A DNA stretch of 64,000 nt from NCBI GenBank assembly GCA_963831755.1, contig CAWHRC010000010.1:4785-68784 (forward strand). The letters are read 5' to 3'. The notes beneath the pieces are model-generated. The model saw only the letters and a program-made list of their open reading frames with translations, ran no database searches and was not told where the DNA came from. Positions 18,398 to 34,078 of this stretch are shown piece by piece (the first letter of the stretch is position 1; every line of letters starts with the position of its first letter). The DNA comes from an uncultured Acidobacteriota bacterium (GTDB taxonomy: Bacteria > Acidobacteriota > Vicinamibacteria > Fen-336). The translations under genes were made by a program, and so were the position numbers.

Positions 18398-19479
18398 GCG
18401 GCGCGGCTGCCTCCCGCCAGCGCCCGGCACGTTCCCGCCGCGAGCGCGGCGCCGGCCGCCTGCGCCGCATCGCCGCCCGTCTCGTGGCCGCGCTCGTCGT
18501 CGCGGGCCTCGCGACCGCCGGCTGGCTCGCGTGGGTGCACGAGACGACGACCGTCAAGCTCCGGGACGGGGAGCCGCCCTTGCGTCTGCTCGTGCCCGAG
18601 GGCGCCAACGCGGACTCGATCGGCCGCGACCTGCAGGCACTGGGCCTGACGGTCCACCCGGCCGTGTTCCGCCTGCTGGCGCGCGCGCGCGGCGTGTCCG
18701 GGCAGCTCAAGGCGGGCGAGTACGAACTCGCGGGCCCGCTTTCGCTCGAGCAGATTCTCGACAAGCTGGTCCGCGGCGACGTGCTGCGGCGGCCGATCAC
18801 CGTGCCCGAGGGCCGCACGCTGGCCGAGATTGCCGACCTCGTCGCGACGCAAGGGCTGGACCGGGAGTCGTTCGTGCGCGCCGCCAGCGATCCCGCGCCG
18901 GTGCGCGACCTCGACCCGGCCGCGGCCGACCTGGAAGGCTACCTGTTCCCGGACACCTACGACCTGCCGCGGACGCCGGACGCGCCGGAGGTGCTGGTGC
19001 ACCGCATGACGCAGCGCTTCCGTGCCGTGCTGGCGCCGCAGCTGCCGGCGATCGCGAGGCGCGGCCTGAGCGTGCGCCAGGTCGTCACCGTGGCTTCGAT
19101 CGTCGAGCTCGAGACGGGCCAGGTGGAAGAGCGGCCGCGCATCGCCGCCGTGTTCCTGAACCGCCTGCAGAAGGGGATGCTGCTGCAGACCGACCCGACG
19201 GTCATCTACGCGCTCAAGAAGGCGGGCCGCTGGAACGGCAACATCCGCAAGCCGGACCTGCAGCTGGACTCTCCCTACAACACCTACCGGCACGCCGGCC
19301 TGCCGCCCGGGCCGATCGGCTGCCCCGGCCGCGAGGCGATCCTCGCGGTGGTCGACCCCGCGCCGACCAGGGCGCTCTACTTCGTCAGCCGCAACGACGG
19401 GACGCACCAGTTCAGCGAGACGCTGGCCGAGCACAACCGCGCCGTGGACAAGTACCAGCGGCGCAGGGCCGCCTCCTAG
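18394..19479 (+). CDS. mltG: Endolytic transglycosylase MltG
   Basis: TM anchor, EGYLFPDTY, ASIVELE, LQTDPTVIY, SPYNTY..AGLPPGPI, LYFV; GTGA overlap with ruvX. Confidence 0.92.
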   Translation: MSGAAASRQRPARSRRERGAGRLRRIAARLVAALVVAGLATAGWLAWVHETTTVKLRDGEPPLRLLVPEGANADSIGRDLQALGLTVHPAVFRLLARARGVSGQLKAGEYELAGPLSLEQILDKLVRGDVLRRPITVPEGRTLAEIADLVATQGLDRESFVRAASDPAPVRDLDPAAADLEGYLFPDTYDLPRTPDAPEVLVHRMTQRFRAVLAPQLPAIARRGLSVRQVVTVASIVELETGQVEERPRIAAVFLNRLQKGMLLQTDPTVIYALKKAGRWNGNIRKPDLQLDSPYNTYRHAGLPPGPIGCPGREAILAVVDPAPTRALYFVSRNDGTHQFSETLAEHNRAVDKYQRRRAAS

Positions 19480-19480
19480 C

Positions 19481-21130
19481 GTGGGCGTCCGAGCGGTCGA
19501 GGCCCGCCCGAGGCCCCGGACCCGGTCGGCAGGGCCCGAGCCCGTCGCCGCGATCTTCGTGTTCGTCCTCGCGCTCGCGCTGCTCCTGGCGAACGGCCGG
19601 CCGATCGGCGAGCCGGACGGCAGCGGGGCCGCGGGCTGGCTCTGGCGCGGCGCCGTCCTGCTCGTGGGCCGGGTCGGGATCGAGATGGACCGCACCGGCG
19701 CCGCGGTGGTCGGCAAGGTTCTCGCAGCCCTGTTCGCGGCGCTCGCGGCGGCCGCGCTGTTCGGCGCGGCCGCGCGCCGTCACACGGCCGCCGACGGACG
19801 CTGGTCCGCCTTCGGGCTCGCCCTCGGAACGACCCTGGCGGCGGCCGCGCAGGCCTGGTCGGGGGAAGCGCCGGCGACCTGCATGATCGCGCTCGCCCTC
19901 GGCCTGCTGGCCCGGGCCGAAGACGAAGGTGATCCGTCCGTGGGCGCGCGCTCGGCCCTGCCGCTCGCCTTCGCCGCCGTGCTTCAGCCCTCTGCGCTGC
20001 CGCTGGCCGCGGCTCTGGCCGTCGCCGCGCTCGTGCGCTGGCGCGCGTCGTGGCTCGCGTTCTTGGCCTGGGCCGCGCCCGGCTCGATCGTCGGCGTCGC
20101 CTTGTTCCTCGGGCCCGGAAGTCGAGCGTCTTCGGCGGCGCCGCCGGCCTCGCTGCCCGCGGTCGATCCGAGCCCGCTCGCACTCTTCGTCTCTCCCGCG
20201 AAGGGGGCGCTGGTGTTCGCACCGGTGGCGCTGGTCGGCCTCGTCGGGCTGCTGCGGGCCCTGCGGCCGCCGCGCCGCCGCCTGTGGGACCAGCCCGAGC
20301 CGGGCCGGCTGCTGCCGATCGCCTGCGCGCTCGGGGTCGTCGTCCACTTCGTGTGGCTCGCCCTGGCCGGGGGCTGGTCCCAGGGCGTCTTCTGGGGCCC
20401 GCGGCTGGTGGCGCCCGCGTGGCCGCTCCTCCTGCTGTTCCTGCCGGAGGGCCTGTCGGCGCTCAAGCTCGTGGGCACCGCCCTGGTGGTCGCCTCCGTC
20501 GCCGTGCAGGCCCTGGGCGCGCTCACGTACGACGGGCGCTGGGATCGCCTCCACCGGGACGCGCGCGGCCGGATGGGGGCGGCGACCTGGGACCTCCGGC
20601 GCAGCCCGATCGCGTTCCAGTGGCGTGAGCGCGTCGCCCGGCCCTCGCTGGTCGTCCTCGAGGGGCGCCGGCTCGTGGTCCGTGAGCGCACGATCGTCCG
20701 CTCGGGGGACAGCGGCTCGTTCGTGTCGTTTGCCGCGGGCCACCTGCACCCGACCGGGGCGGAGACGACGATGGAGGCGCTGCGCCTCGAGCAGGGCGCC
20801 CGGGTGGAGGGCGACCGGCTCGAGCTGCGCTCGCCCGGCGACGGCCTGGCCTTCCGGGTCCGGGAAGGCGCGCGCCCGCGCCGGCTCGAGCTGCGGCTGG
20901 TCGGCCGCGGCCAGGGCACGATCGGGCTGGGCGAGAAGAGCTTCTGGAAGTCCGCGCGCTGGAGCGAGCGCAGCGTCTCAGGCGCGTTCCGGCTGCGCCT
21001 GCCCTACTCGTTCGCCGAGTCGGGCGCCGCCGACCTCGCCGTCGCCCTGCGTGCCGGCGGGCCGATCACGCTCGAGTCCGTCGCGCTCGTGCCGCCGACC
21101 GAGCCCGAGAACGTGATCCGCTTGCCCTGA
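19481..21130 (+). CDS. Polytopic membrane protein with C-terminal soluble domain, possibly GT-C-type glycosyltransferase-like
   Basis: About ten hydrophobic segments; SPAKGALVFAP and GWSQGVFWGPRLVAPAWP motifs resemble GT-C-like membrane proteins; the family call is tentative. Confidence 0.5.
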   Translation: MGVRAVEARPRPRTRSAGPEPVAAIFVFVLALALLLANGRPIGEPDGSGAAGWLWRGAVLLVGRVGIEMDRTGAAVVGKVLAALFAALAAAALFGAAARRHTAADGRWSAFGLALGTTLAAAAQAWSGEAPATCMIALALGLLARAEDEGDPSVGARSALPLAFAAVLQPSALPLAAALAVAALVRWRASWLAFLAWAAPGSIVGVALFLGPGSRASSAAPPASLPAVDPSPLALFVSPAKGALVFAPVALVGLVGLLRALRPPRRRLWDQPEPGRLLPIACALGVVVHFVWLALAGGWSQGVFWGPRLVAPAWPLLLLFLPEGLSALKLVGTALVVASVAVQALGALTYDGRWDRLHRDARGRMGAATWDLRRSPIAFQWRERVARPSLVVLEGRRLVVRERTIVRSGDSGSFVSFAAGHLHPTGAETTMEALRLEQGARVEGDRLELRSPGDGLAFRVREGARPRRLELRLVGRGQGTIGLGEKSFWKSARWSERSVSGAFRLRLPYSFAESGAADLAVALRAGGPITLESVALVPPTEPENVIRLP

Positions 21131-21143
21131 GCCGCGGCCCGCC

Positions 21144-22730
21144 TCAGCGCTGCGTCGCGTCGTCGTAGAACTTCGCCAGGTCCTGCTTGAACTGCCGCGC
21201 CGCCTCGAGGTTCAGGTACACCATGTGCCCCGACGGGTAGTAGGTGACGGTCAGGTTGCCGCGCAGCTTCGGGTCGATCTCCAGGTGGGCGAGGTCGTAC
21301 TCGGTGGCGAAGAAGGGCGTCGCCAGGTCGAAGTAGCCGTTGGCCGACAGCACCTTGAGGTGCGGGTTCGTGCGCATCGCCTCGCTGAGGTCGCCGGCAC
21401 CGTGATCGGCACCGGCGCCGGCCGCCTCTGACCGCGCAGGGCGTGCTTGAAGTCCCAGTCGGAGATCGCGCCGGCGGACACCTTGTACGGCAGGTCGCTC
21501 GTGTAGTTCAGCTCGCGCACGAGGTAGTCGTTGAACGCTGCCGTGAAGGCGCCGCGGATGGCGGTGTCGGCCGGGTCGCTCTCCGGCGTTCTCGCCGGCG
21601 GCGTCGAGGTCGATGCCTTCGTAGCGTCCGTCGTAGCGGCCGACCGTGCGGCGCTCGTCGCGCAGCAGCTCCTTGCGGAAGCGACGCTGGCTGACGCGAA
21701 GGTTCGCCTCCTTGAGGTACGTCGCCGAGAGGCCGGTGTACCTCGACAGCCGCTCGGCGATCGCGTCGCGCTCGGCCGGCGGCAGGTCCTGCCCCTTGCT
21801 CAGCGCGACCGCGTAGTCGCCGCGCGCGAAGGTGCGCACCTCGGTCAGGAACGGTTCGAGCGCCGCCGGCTTGTTCGCCAGCTTGTCGTGGTACCAGGCC
21901 ATCGCCGCGTACGACGGCAGCAGGTTCACGTAGTCGTCGTCGAGCCCCGGCAGGCGTGAGGCGTAGTTCAGGATCGACGAGAGCAGGACGACGCCGTTCA
22001 CTGCGACGCCGTGCTCCTCGAGGTAGCGCGCCAGCCCCGCCGAGCGCGTCGTGCCGTACGACTCGCCGAACAGGAACTTCGGCGAGTTCCAGCGCTGGTT
22101 GACCGTGACGTAGCGGGCGACGAAGCGGCCGAACGCGTCGATGTCCGGGTCGATGCCCCAGAAGCGCTTGTTCGGATCCTCGGCCTTGTCCTTGTCGGCC
22201 TTGTCCTTCGCCAGTCGCCTGGAGTAGCCGGTCCCGATCGCGTCGACGAACACGAGGTCGGTCTTGTCGAGCAGGCAGTCGACGTTCGGCACGAGCTGGT
22301 ACGGCGCAGGCGCCGTCGCCTCGGGGCTCGACGTCACCACGCGCACCGGCCCGAACGAGCCCATGTGCAGCCAGATGCTCGACGAGCCCGGGCCGCCGTT
22401 GTACAGGAAGGTGACCGGCCGCTTCGCCGGCTCGGCGTCGACCGTGTAGGCGACGTAGAAGACGCTGGCGTCGGGCTTGTCCTTGTCGTCGTGGATCAGG
22501 AGTGTGCCGGCCGTGGCCTTGTATGCGACCGCGTGCCCTGCCAGCTGCAGGCTGTGAGCCGTGACGACGGCCCTCTCGGCCGGCGCTTCGGCGCCGTCGC
22601 GCGCCGCCGGCTTCGGCTGCTTTGACTCCTGCGCGGGCCTGTCCGAGGCCTCCTGGGCGGCTGCGATCGACGACGCGGACGGCGACGACAAGAGCAACAC
22701 CACTGCGAAGTTGACGGCCGTTCTCCTCAT
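21144..22730 (-). CDS. S10-family serine carboxypeptidase, secreted (frameshifts near 21590 and 21410)
   Basis: FLYNGGPGSSS, FGESYGTTR (nucleophile), GYFDLATP (Asp), YPSGHMVY (His). Confidence 0.88.
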   Translation of the reverse strand: MRRTAVNFAVVLLLSSPSASSIAAAQEASDRPAQESKQPKPAARDGAEAPAERAVVTAHSLQLAGHAVAYKATAGTLLIHDDKDKPDASVFYVAYTVDAEPAKRPVTFLYNGGPGSSSIWLHMGSFGPVRVVTSSPEATAPAPYQLVPNVDCLLDKTDLVFVDAIGTGYSRRLAKDKADKDKAEDPNKRFWGIDPDIDAFGRFVARYVTVNQRWNSPKFLFGESYGTTRSAGLARYLEEHGVAVNGVVLLSSILNYASRLPGLDDDYVNLLPSYAAMAWYHDKLANKPAALEPFLTEVRTFARGDYAVALSKGQDLPPAERDAIAERLSRYTGLSATYLKEANLRVSQRRFRKELLRDERRTVGRYDGRYEGIDLDAAGENAGERPGRHRHPRRLHGSVQRLPRARAELHERPAVQGVRRRDLRLGLQARPARSEAAGAGADHGAGDLSEAMRTNPHLKVLSANGYFDLATPFFATEYDLAHLEIDPKLRGNLTVTYYPSGHMVYLNLEAARQFKQDLAKFYDDATQR

Positions 22731-22764
22731 GCCAGCTCCCCCTGCCGTTGACGAACCGGAAGCA

Positions 22765-25671
<2,907 letters not shown>

Positions 25672-25675
<4 letters not shown>

Positions 25676-27085
25676 TCGCTCTCCCTCGAGTCGACGGTGG
25701 CGCGCAGCGCGCCACGGTGCAGCCTGATCCTGAAGCCGCTCGCCGGGCTCGACCGCCGAGGCGTCGCGCACGAGGCGCGAGCCCGTCTCGTCCCACACGA
25801 GCGCGTAGCCGCGGCCCAGCACCGCCAGCGGCGACAGCCCGTCGAGCGAGGAGGCTGCGCGCCCGAGCGCGGCGCGCCGCCTCTCCATCTCCGCCCGGAG
25901 CGCGCCGGAGAGCCGCTCGCGCAGCGCGCGCCAGGCGCTCGCGCCAGCCCGCGAGCTGGCGGTCCAGGCGAAACGCCTCCAGCCGCTCCCGCAGGCGCCG
26001 GCCGTGCTCGTGCGCCCGCTCGAGGCGCCGCGCGCAGGCCCGTCTCGCGCCCGGCGCACGAGGTCGTCGACTCCGCTGGGCCGGCCACCCGCAGGCGCCC
26101 GCGCTCGGCCGCGAACACGCGGTGGGCGGCCAGGCGCTCGAAGCCGGGCGCGCAGCGCGGCGAGCGCGCAGGCGCAGCGGCCGCGTCGCACCGCCGCTCG
26201 AGGCCGGCGACGCGGGCCGCCAGCTCCTCCTTGGCCTGCACGACGCGCTCGGCCGCCGCCGAGGGCGTCGCTGCACGCAGGTCGGCCACGAAGTCGGCGA
26301 TCGTGAAGTCGGTCTCGTGGCCGACCGCCGAGATGGTCGGGATGCGCGAGGCGGCGATCGCGCGGGCGACGCTCTCCTCGTTGAACGCCCAGAGGTCCTC
26401 GAGGCTGCCGCCGCCCCGCGCGAGCAGGATCACGTCGAGCGTCGCCGATGCGCGTTGAGCACGCGGATTCCCTGCACGATCTCGCGCCGCCGCGCCCTCG
26501 CCCTGCACGCGCGCCGGGTAGAGCAGCAGCTCGATGTTCGCGTAGCGCGTGCGCAGCACGCGCAGGATGTCGCGGATCACCGCGCCCGTCGGCGAGCTGA
26601 CGACGCCGATCCGCCGCGGCAGCATCGGCAGCGGCCGCTTGCGCGCCGGGTCGAACAGGCCCTCCTGCTCGAGCTTCGCCTTCAGCTCCTCGAACGCCTG
26701 CTGCAGCGAGCCCTTGCCGAGCGGCTCGAGCACCTGCACGCGCGAGCTGGTACTCGCCCCGCGGCGGGTAGACGCGCAGCGTGCCGCGCGCCAGGACCTT
26801 CATCCCGTCCTGCGGGCGGAAGCGGATCAGGCGGGCGTCCGTCCGCCACACGACCGCGCGCAGCTGGGCGCGCGTCGTCCTTCAGCGAGAAGTACCAGTG
26901 GCCGGAGCTGGCCAGCTTGAGGTTCGAGACCTCGCCCTCGACCCACACGTCAACGAACTCGGTCTCGAGCACGCCCTGGATGCGCTCGGTCAGCTCCGAG
27001 ACCGTGAGCGCGCGCGGCGCGCGCCGGGCGCGCCGCGGGCGCGTCGCCGAAGTCGAGGCCCTTCTGGCGCATGCGTGTCGGCCAT
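25672..27085 (-). CDS. xseA: Exodeoxyribonuclease VII large subunit (frameshifted)
   Basis: [16 protein letters not shown]...[72 protein letters not shown]. Confidence 0.92.
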
Positions 27086-27191
27086 TCTGATCTGTCGCGG
27101 CGGGCGAAGTCCACACGAGGCGCCTGCGGCCCCCGCGGGGGCGGAGGGCGCTATCATTCCGCTGACGATCGGCTTCACGCAGGAGCGAGCC

Positions 27192-28354
27192 ATGAGAACG
27201 CGGTCGCGCCTCCTCTTCCTCGGGATGATGCTCGCCGGAGTCGTGATCGGCCTCTTCCTCTCGGCCGGCCTGCAGCGGGCGCTGTCGACCGGTCGCCCAC
27301 GCCCGACGCCGTCGCGATGGCGGCCGAGCCGGCGCCGGGCCGCAGCCGCCGGAGCCGAGCGAGACGAGCTCGACCCCGAGGAGCGGCACACGATCGCGCT
27401 CTTCAAGGACGCCTCGCCGTCGGTCGCCTACATCACGACGCAGGTCGAGCAGGTGGACTTCTGGACCCGCAGCGTCACCGAGATCCCGGCCGGCACCGGC
27501 TCGGGCTTCGTCTGGGACGAGCAGCGGCCACGTGGTCACCAACTTCCACGTGGTCCAGGACGCCGACTCCGCGCAAGGTCACGCTCGGCCAGGACGAGTA
27601 CCCGGCCCGCGTCGTCGGCTACGCCGCGCGACCAGGACCTGGCCGTGCTGCAGATCGAGCGCCCCGCGCGAGAAGCTGGTGCCGATCCGGGTCGGCACCA
27701 GCGCGCGGCCTGCAGGTGGGCCAGAAGGTGTACGCGATCGGCAACCCCTTCGGCCTCGACTACTCGCTGACCAGCGGCATCGTGAGCGCCCTCGGCCGCA
27801 CCATCCAGAGCGTCAGCAACGCCACCATCTTCGACGTGATCCAGACCGACGCCGCGATCAACCCCGGCAACTCCGGCGGGCCGCTGCTCGACAGCGGCGG
27901 GCGCCTGATCGGGGTCAACACCGCGATCTACAGCCCCTCGGGCGCGAGCGCCGGCATCGGCTTCGCCGTCCCCGTCGACACCGTCAACCGGATCGTGCCG
28001 GAGCTGATCGCGCACGGCCGGGTCGTGCGGCCCGTGCTGGGCGTCGGCCTTCGTGGACGACCAGCTGAACGCGTACATCACGCAGCGGCTCGGCGTCGAG
28101 GGGGCTCTGCTGGCCGCGAGGTCGTACCGCGGGACCGGCGCCGCGCAGGCGGGCCTGCAGGGCACCGTCGCGACCGCGCCGGGCGCGATCGTCCCCGGCG
28201 ACGTGATCCAGGAGATCGACGGCAAGCCGTCCAGAGCGTGAGCGACCTGCTCGGCCGCCTCGGCAGCTACAAGCCGGGCGACACCGTCACGCTGACGGTC
28301 TGGCGCGACGGCACGCCGCGCAAGGTCCAGGTGCGGCTGCAGGCGCCGGAGTAG
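27192..28354 (+). CDS. HtrA/DegP-type S1C serine protease with one PDZ domain (frameshifted)
   Basis: [15 protein letters not shown] (His), DLAVL (Asp), [16 protein letters not shown] (Ser), IGFAVP; RBS AGGAG. Confidence 0.9.
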
Positions 28355-28358
28355 ACGG

Positions 28359-28770
28359 GCGCAGCACTGCCGCAGGCCAGGGCTCGGAGCGGAGCCCGCT
28401 TTACTCGCGCGCAGCGGAGTGGGTCTGGGGGGTGCGGCGCAGCACTGTCACAAGCCACAGGCTCGGAGCGGAGCCCGGTTCACACGCGCGCAGCGGAGTG
28501 GGTCTGGGGGGCGCGGCACAGCGCAGTCACAAGCCACGGGCTCGGAGCGGAGCCCGGTCCACACGCGCGCAGCGGAGTGGGGCTGGGGGTGCGACACAGC
28601 ACTGTCACAAGCCACAGGCTCGGAGCGAAGCCCGATTCACTCGGGCGGAGCGCAGGGGGGGTCTGGGGGGTGCGGACGCAGCACTGTCACAGGCCACGGG
28701 CTCGGAGCGAAGCCCGATTCACTCGGGCGAAGCGGAGGGGGGGTCTGGGGGTGCGGCGCAGCACCCCCAG
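28359..28770. repeat. Degenerate ~80-bp tandem repeat (5 units plus a partial) ending in a perfect 10-bp hairpin
   Basis: Units start at 28359, 28437, 28516, 28594, 28676 and 28756; each has GGCTCGGAGCG(G/A)AGCCC and CTGGGGG(G)(T/C)GC; terminal CTGGGGGTGC-GGCGCA-GCACCCCCAG at 28745-28770. Confidence 0.9.
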
Positions 28771-28774
28771 GACA

Positions 28775-30169
28775 CTAGAGCCCGAGCTTCTTGATCCAGC
28801 GGTAGAGCGTGCGCGGCGAGACGCCGAGGATCTCGGCCGCCTTCTCGCGCCGCCACTTCGCCTGCTCGAGGGCCGCGCGCACGCGGGCCGAGGTCGGGTC
28901 CGTCCTCGTCGGGGTCGCGCCGCCGCGCGCAGCGCGCCGGCTGCGAGAGGCCGATCGGCGCGGCGTCTCCGGCGGCGTCGCCGACGAGGCGCGCCGTCCG
29001 GTCTTCTCGACGATCTCCGGCGGCAGGTCGGAGACGTCGATCATCTCGCCCTCGGCGAGCAGCCCCGCGCGCTCGACGGCGAAGTGCAGCTCGCGCACGT
29101 TGCCCGGCCAGTCGTAGCCCGCGAGCGCCGCGAGCGCCGCCGGCGTGAAGCCGCTTCTGGTTCGGGAGCTGCCGGGCGAAGTGCTCGACCAGCAGCGGGA
29201 TGTCCTCGGGACGCTCGCGCAGCGGCGGGATCACGACCTTGACGCCGTTGACGCGGAAGAAGAGGTCCTTGCGGAAGCGCCCGGCGGTCGACCTCGCCCT
29301 TCAGGTCGCGGTTGGTCGCGCACACGAGGCGGAAGTCGGCGCGCCGCTTGCGCGTGGCGCCCACGCGGTAGAACGTGCCCGAGTCGAGCACGCGCAGGAA
29401 CTTCGACTGGATCTCGGGGATCATCTCCCCGACCTCGTCGAGGAAGAGCGTCCCGCCGTCGGCCACCTCGACCAGCCCCGGCTTCTCGTTGCCGGCGCCG
29501 GTGAAGGCGCCGCGCTCGTAGCCGAACAGCTCGCTCTCGAGCAGCGTCGAGGGCACGGCCGCGCAGTTGAGGTCCACGAACGCCTTCGGCCCGCGCGGCG
29601 AGAGCCGGTGCACGTGCTGCGCCAGCAGCTCCTTGCCGACGCCGCTCTCGCCCTCGATCAGCACCGGGCGTGCGGGCGGCGGCGACCATCTCGATCGTGT
29701 GCAGGATCCTCTGCATGGCGGGCGAGCGGGTCAGGATGTCGGAGGAGAGGTCTCGCTGCACCTGGAAGCGCAGCCGCCGGTTCTCGCGCTCGAGCAGCGT
29801 CTTCTCGCCGGCCTTCTCCACCCTCATCCCGAGCTCTTCGAAGTTCGGGGGCTTGGTCAGGTAGTCGAAGGCGCCGAGGCGCATCGTCTCGATCGCCGAC
29901 TGCACGTTGGCGAAGCCGGTGACGATGATCGTCTGCAGGTCCGGGTGGTCCTGGCGCACGCTCGCCAGGATCTCGACGCCGTCGACGTCGGGCAGCTTGA
30001 GGTCCAGCAGCAGCACGTCCCACTCGGCGGCGTCGAGCGCCTTCAGGGCGGCCTTGCCGTGCGTGCAGACCTTGACCTCGTGCCCGGCCTTCTGCAGGAA
30101 GCGGGTGACGGTCAGGCCGAAGGTCGGCTCGTCCTCGGCGACGAGCACGCGGTAGGGGGTGCCGCTCAT
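28775..30169 (-). CDS. Sigma54-dependent response regulator (NtrC/AtoC family; frameshifted)
   Basis: Receiver ([12 protein letters not shown]), [41 protein letters not shown], Fis-type HTH ([14 protein letters not shown]). Confidence 0.92.
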
Positions 30170-30306
30170 GCGTGTCGGCCGGGGAGGCCCGCGCGGCGGC
30201 GCCAGCGCACGGCCGCGCGCGGTCCGGGCGCAGCCGCCGGCTCGCGGGCCGCCCGGACGGCACGGTCACGTCTGCGCCGGGAGGGCGGCACGGCGAGAGT
30301 ATACGG

Positions 30307-31113
30307 TCAGAGCCGCCGGATGTCGTCCTCGGCGAGCAGCATGCGGTCGATCGCGCGGGCGCGGCCGGTCTCCGGGTCCGCGTCGATCACCACGGCCGCG
30401 AAGCGCGGGTCGCCCTTGGCCGTCTCGAAGCGGCTGGGCATGCCGGTCAGGAAGCGGTGCAGCACCGCCTCCTTCTCGACCCCGATGATCGAGTCGTACG
30501 GACCCGTCATGCCGAGGTCGCTGCAGTACGCCGTGCCGCTCGGCAGGATCCGCTGGTCGCAGGTCGGCACGTGCGTGTGCGTGCCGACGACGGCCGTGAC
30601 CAGCCCGTCGAGGTGGTGGGCGATCGCGGTCTTCTCGGAGGTCGCCTCGCCGTGCATGTCGACGAGGATGACCTTCGCCTGCTCGCGCAGCCGCTCGACC
30701 TCGCGCAGGCCCAGCTCGAAGGGGTCGTCGCTCGCGCCGTGCATGAAGACACGGCCGCTCAGGTTCAGCGTCGCGACCGGGCACGCCGGAGCGCTTGCCC
30801 TTGCCGACGTGCGAGCCGCGGCCGGGCTGGCGCGCGGGGTAGTTGAGCGGCCGCAGCAGCTGGGGGATCAGGTCGATGACGCCCATGATCTCCTTCTTGT
30901 CCCAGATGTGGTTGCCGGAGGTCAGGCAGTCGACCCCGCGTCGAGGATCTCGTCGCAGACCTCCTTCGTGACGCCGAAGCCGCCGGCCGCGTTCTCGACG
31001 TTCGCGACGCAGTAGTCGATCTCGTACTTCCTGAAGACCGCGGGCAGGGCCTTCGCGCAGGATCGTCCGCGCCCGGGGCTGCCCACGACGTCCCCGATCA
31101 TCAGGATGTTCAT
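30307..31113 (-). CDS. ymdB: YmdB/TIGR00282-family 2',3'-cyclic-nucleotide phosphodiesterase (frameshifted)
   Basis: MIGDVVGSPGR, NVENAAGGFG, TSGNHIWD, RPLNYP, DMHGEATSEK, VGTHTHVPT.D, DLGMTGP. Confidence 0.9.
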
Positions 31114-31149
31114 CCGGACAGGCTACCCGCGCGCCGAGAGCGCGGTCAA
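31114..31149 (-). promoter_or_regulatory. Sigma70-type promoter for ymdB, predicted leaderless
   Basis: TTGACC-N18-TAGCCT-N6-ATG on the minus strand, no SD. Confidence 0.6.
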
Positions 31150-31171
31150 ACGGGCCGATCGATCGGGGCGC

Positions 31172-33620
<2,449 letters not shown>

Positions 33621-33624
<4 letters not shown>

Positions 33625-34078
33625 TCGCCGGGCTCCCTCTCGATCTCGATCGGCGTCTCCTGGCCCCGCCGCTCGCGCAGGCGCGGGACGGTCACCGTCA
33701 GCAGCCCCCGGCCCAGCGTCGCGCGGGCGTGCCGCACGTCGAGCGGCCCCTCGAGCGGGATCGTCCGCTCGAAGCGGCCGTGTCGGGCGCTCGAGGCAGA
33801 GGAACGACACGGCGCCCGCGTCCTTGTGGGCGTGGCGCTCGCCGGAGACGACGAGGCCGCGGTCGCGGAAGGCGACCCGCAGCGACTCCGCCGCCAGGCC
33901 CGGCACCTCGACCACCACCAGCAGCCGCTGGCGCGGACTCGAAGACGTCGACCGGCGGGCACCACTCGCCGCCCGGCGGCGGCTCGACGCGCTCCGCCAG
34001 CGCGAGCCGGCGGAACAGCTCGCCGACCTCCTGCTGCAGCAGGCCCAGCGCCGAGACCGGCTGGACCCGGCGGGTCAC
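33621..34078 (-). CDS. Hsp20/alpha-crystallin small heat-shock protein (frameshifted)
   Basis: W.PPVDVFE, VEVPG, LVVSGER, ER.HGRFERTI, A.L..GLLTVTVP; ATGA overlap with lon. Confidence 0.85.

Noticed and set aside
28359-28770. CRISPR array
   Set aside because: Whole ~80-bp units are homologous end to end, there are no unique spacers, and no cas genes are nearby. It is a tandem repeat.
28419-29242. Plus-strand ORFs spanning the tandem repeat
   Set aside because: They merely translate the repeat, differ by frame, and overlap the antisense regulator gene; no start signals or protein-like features.
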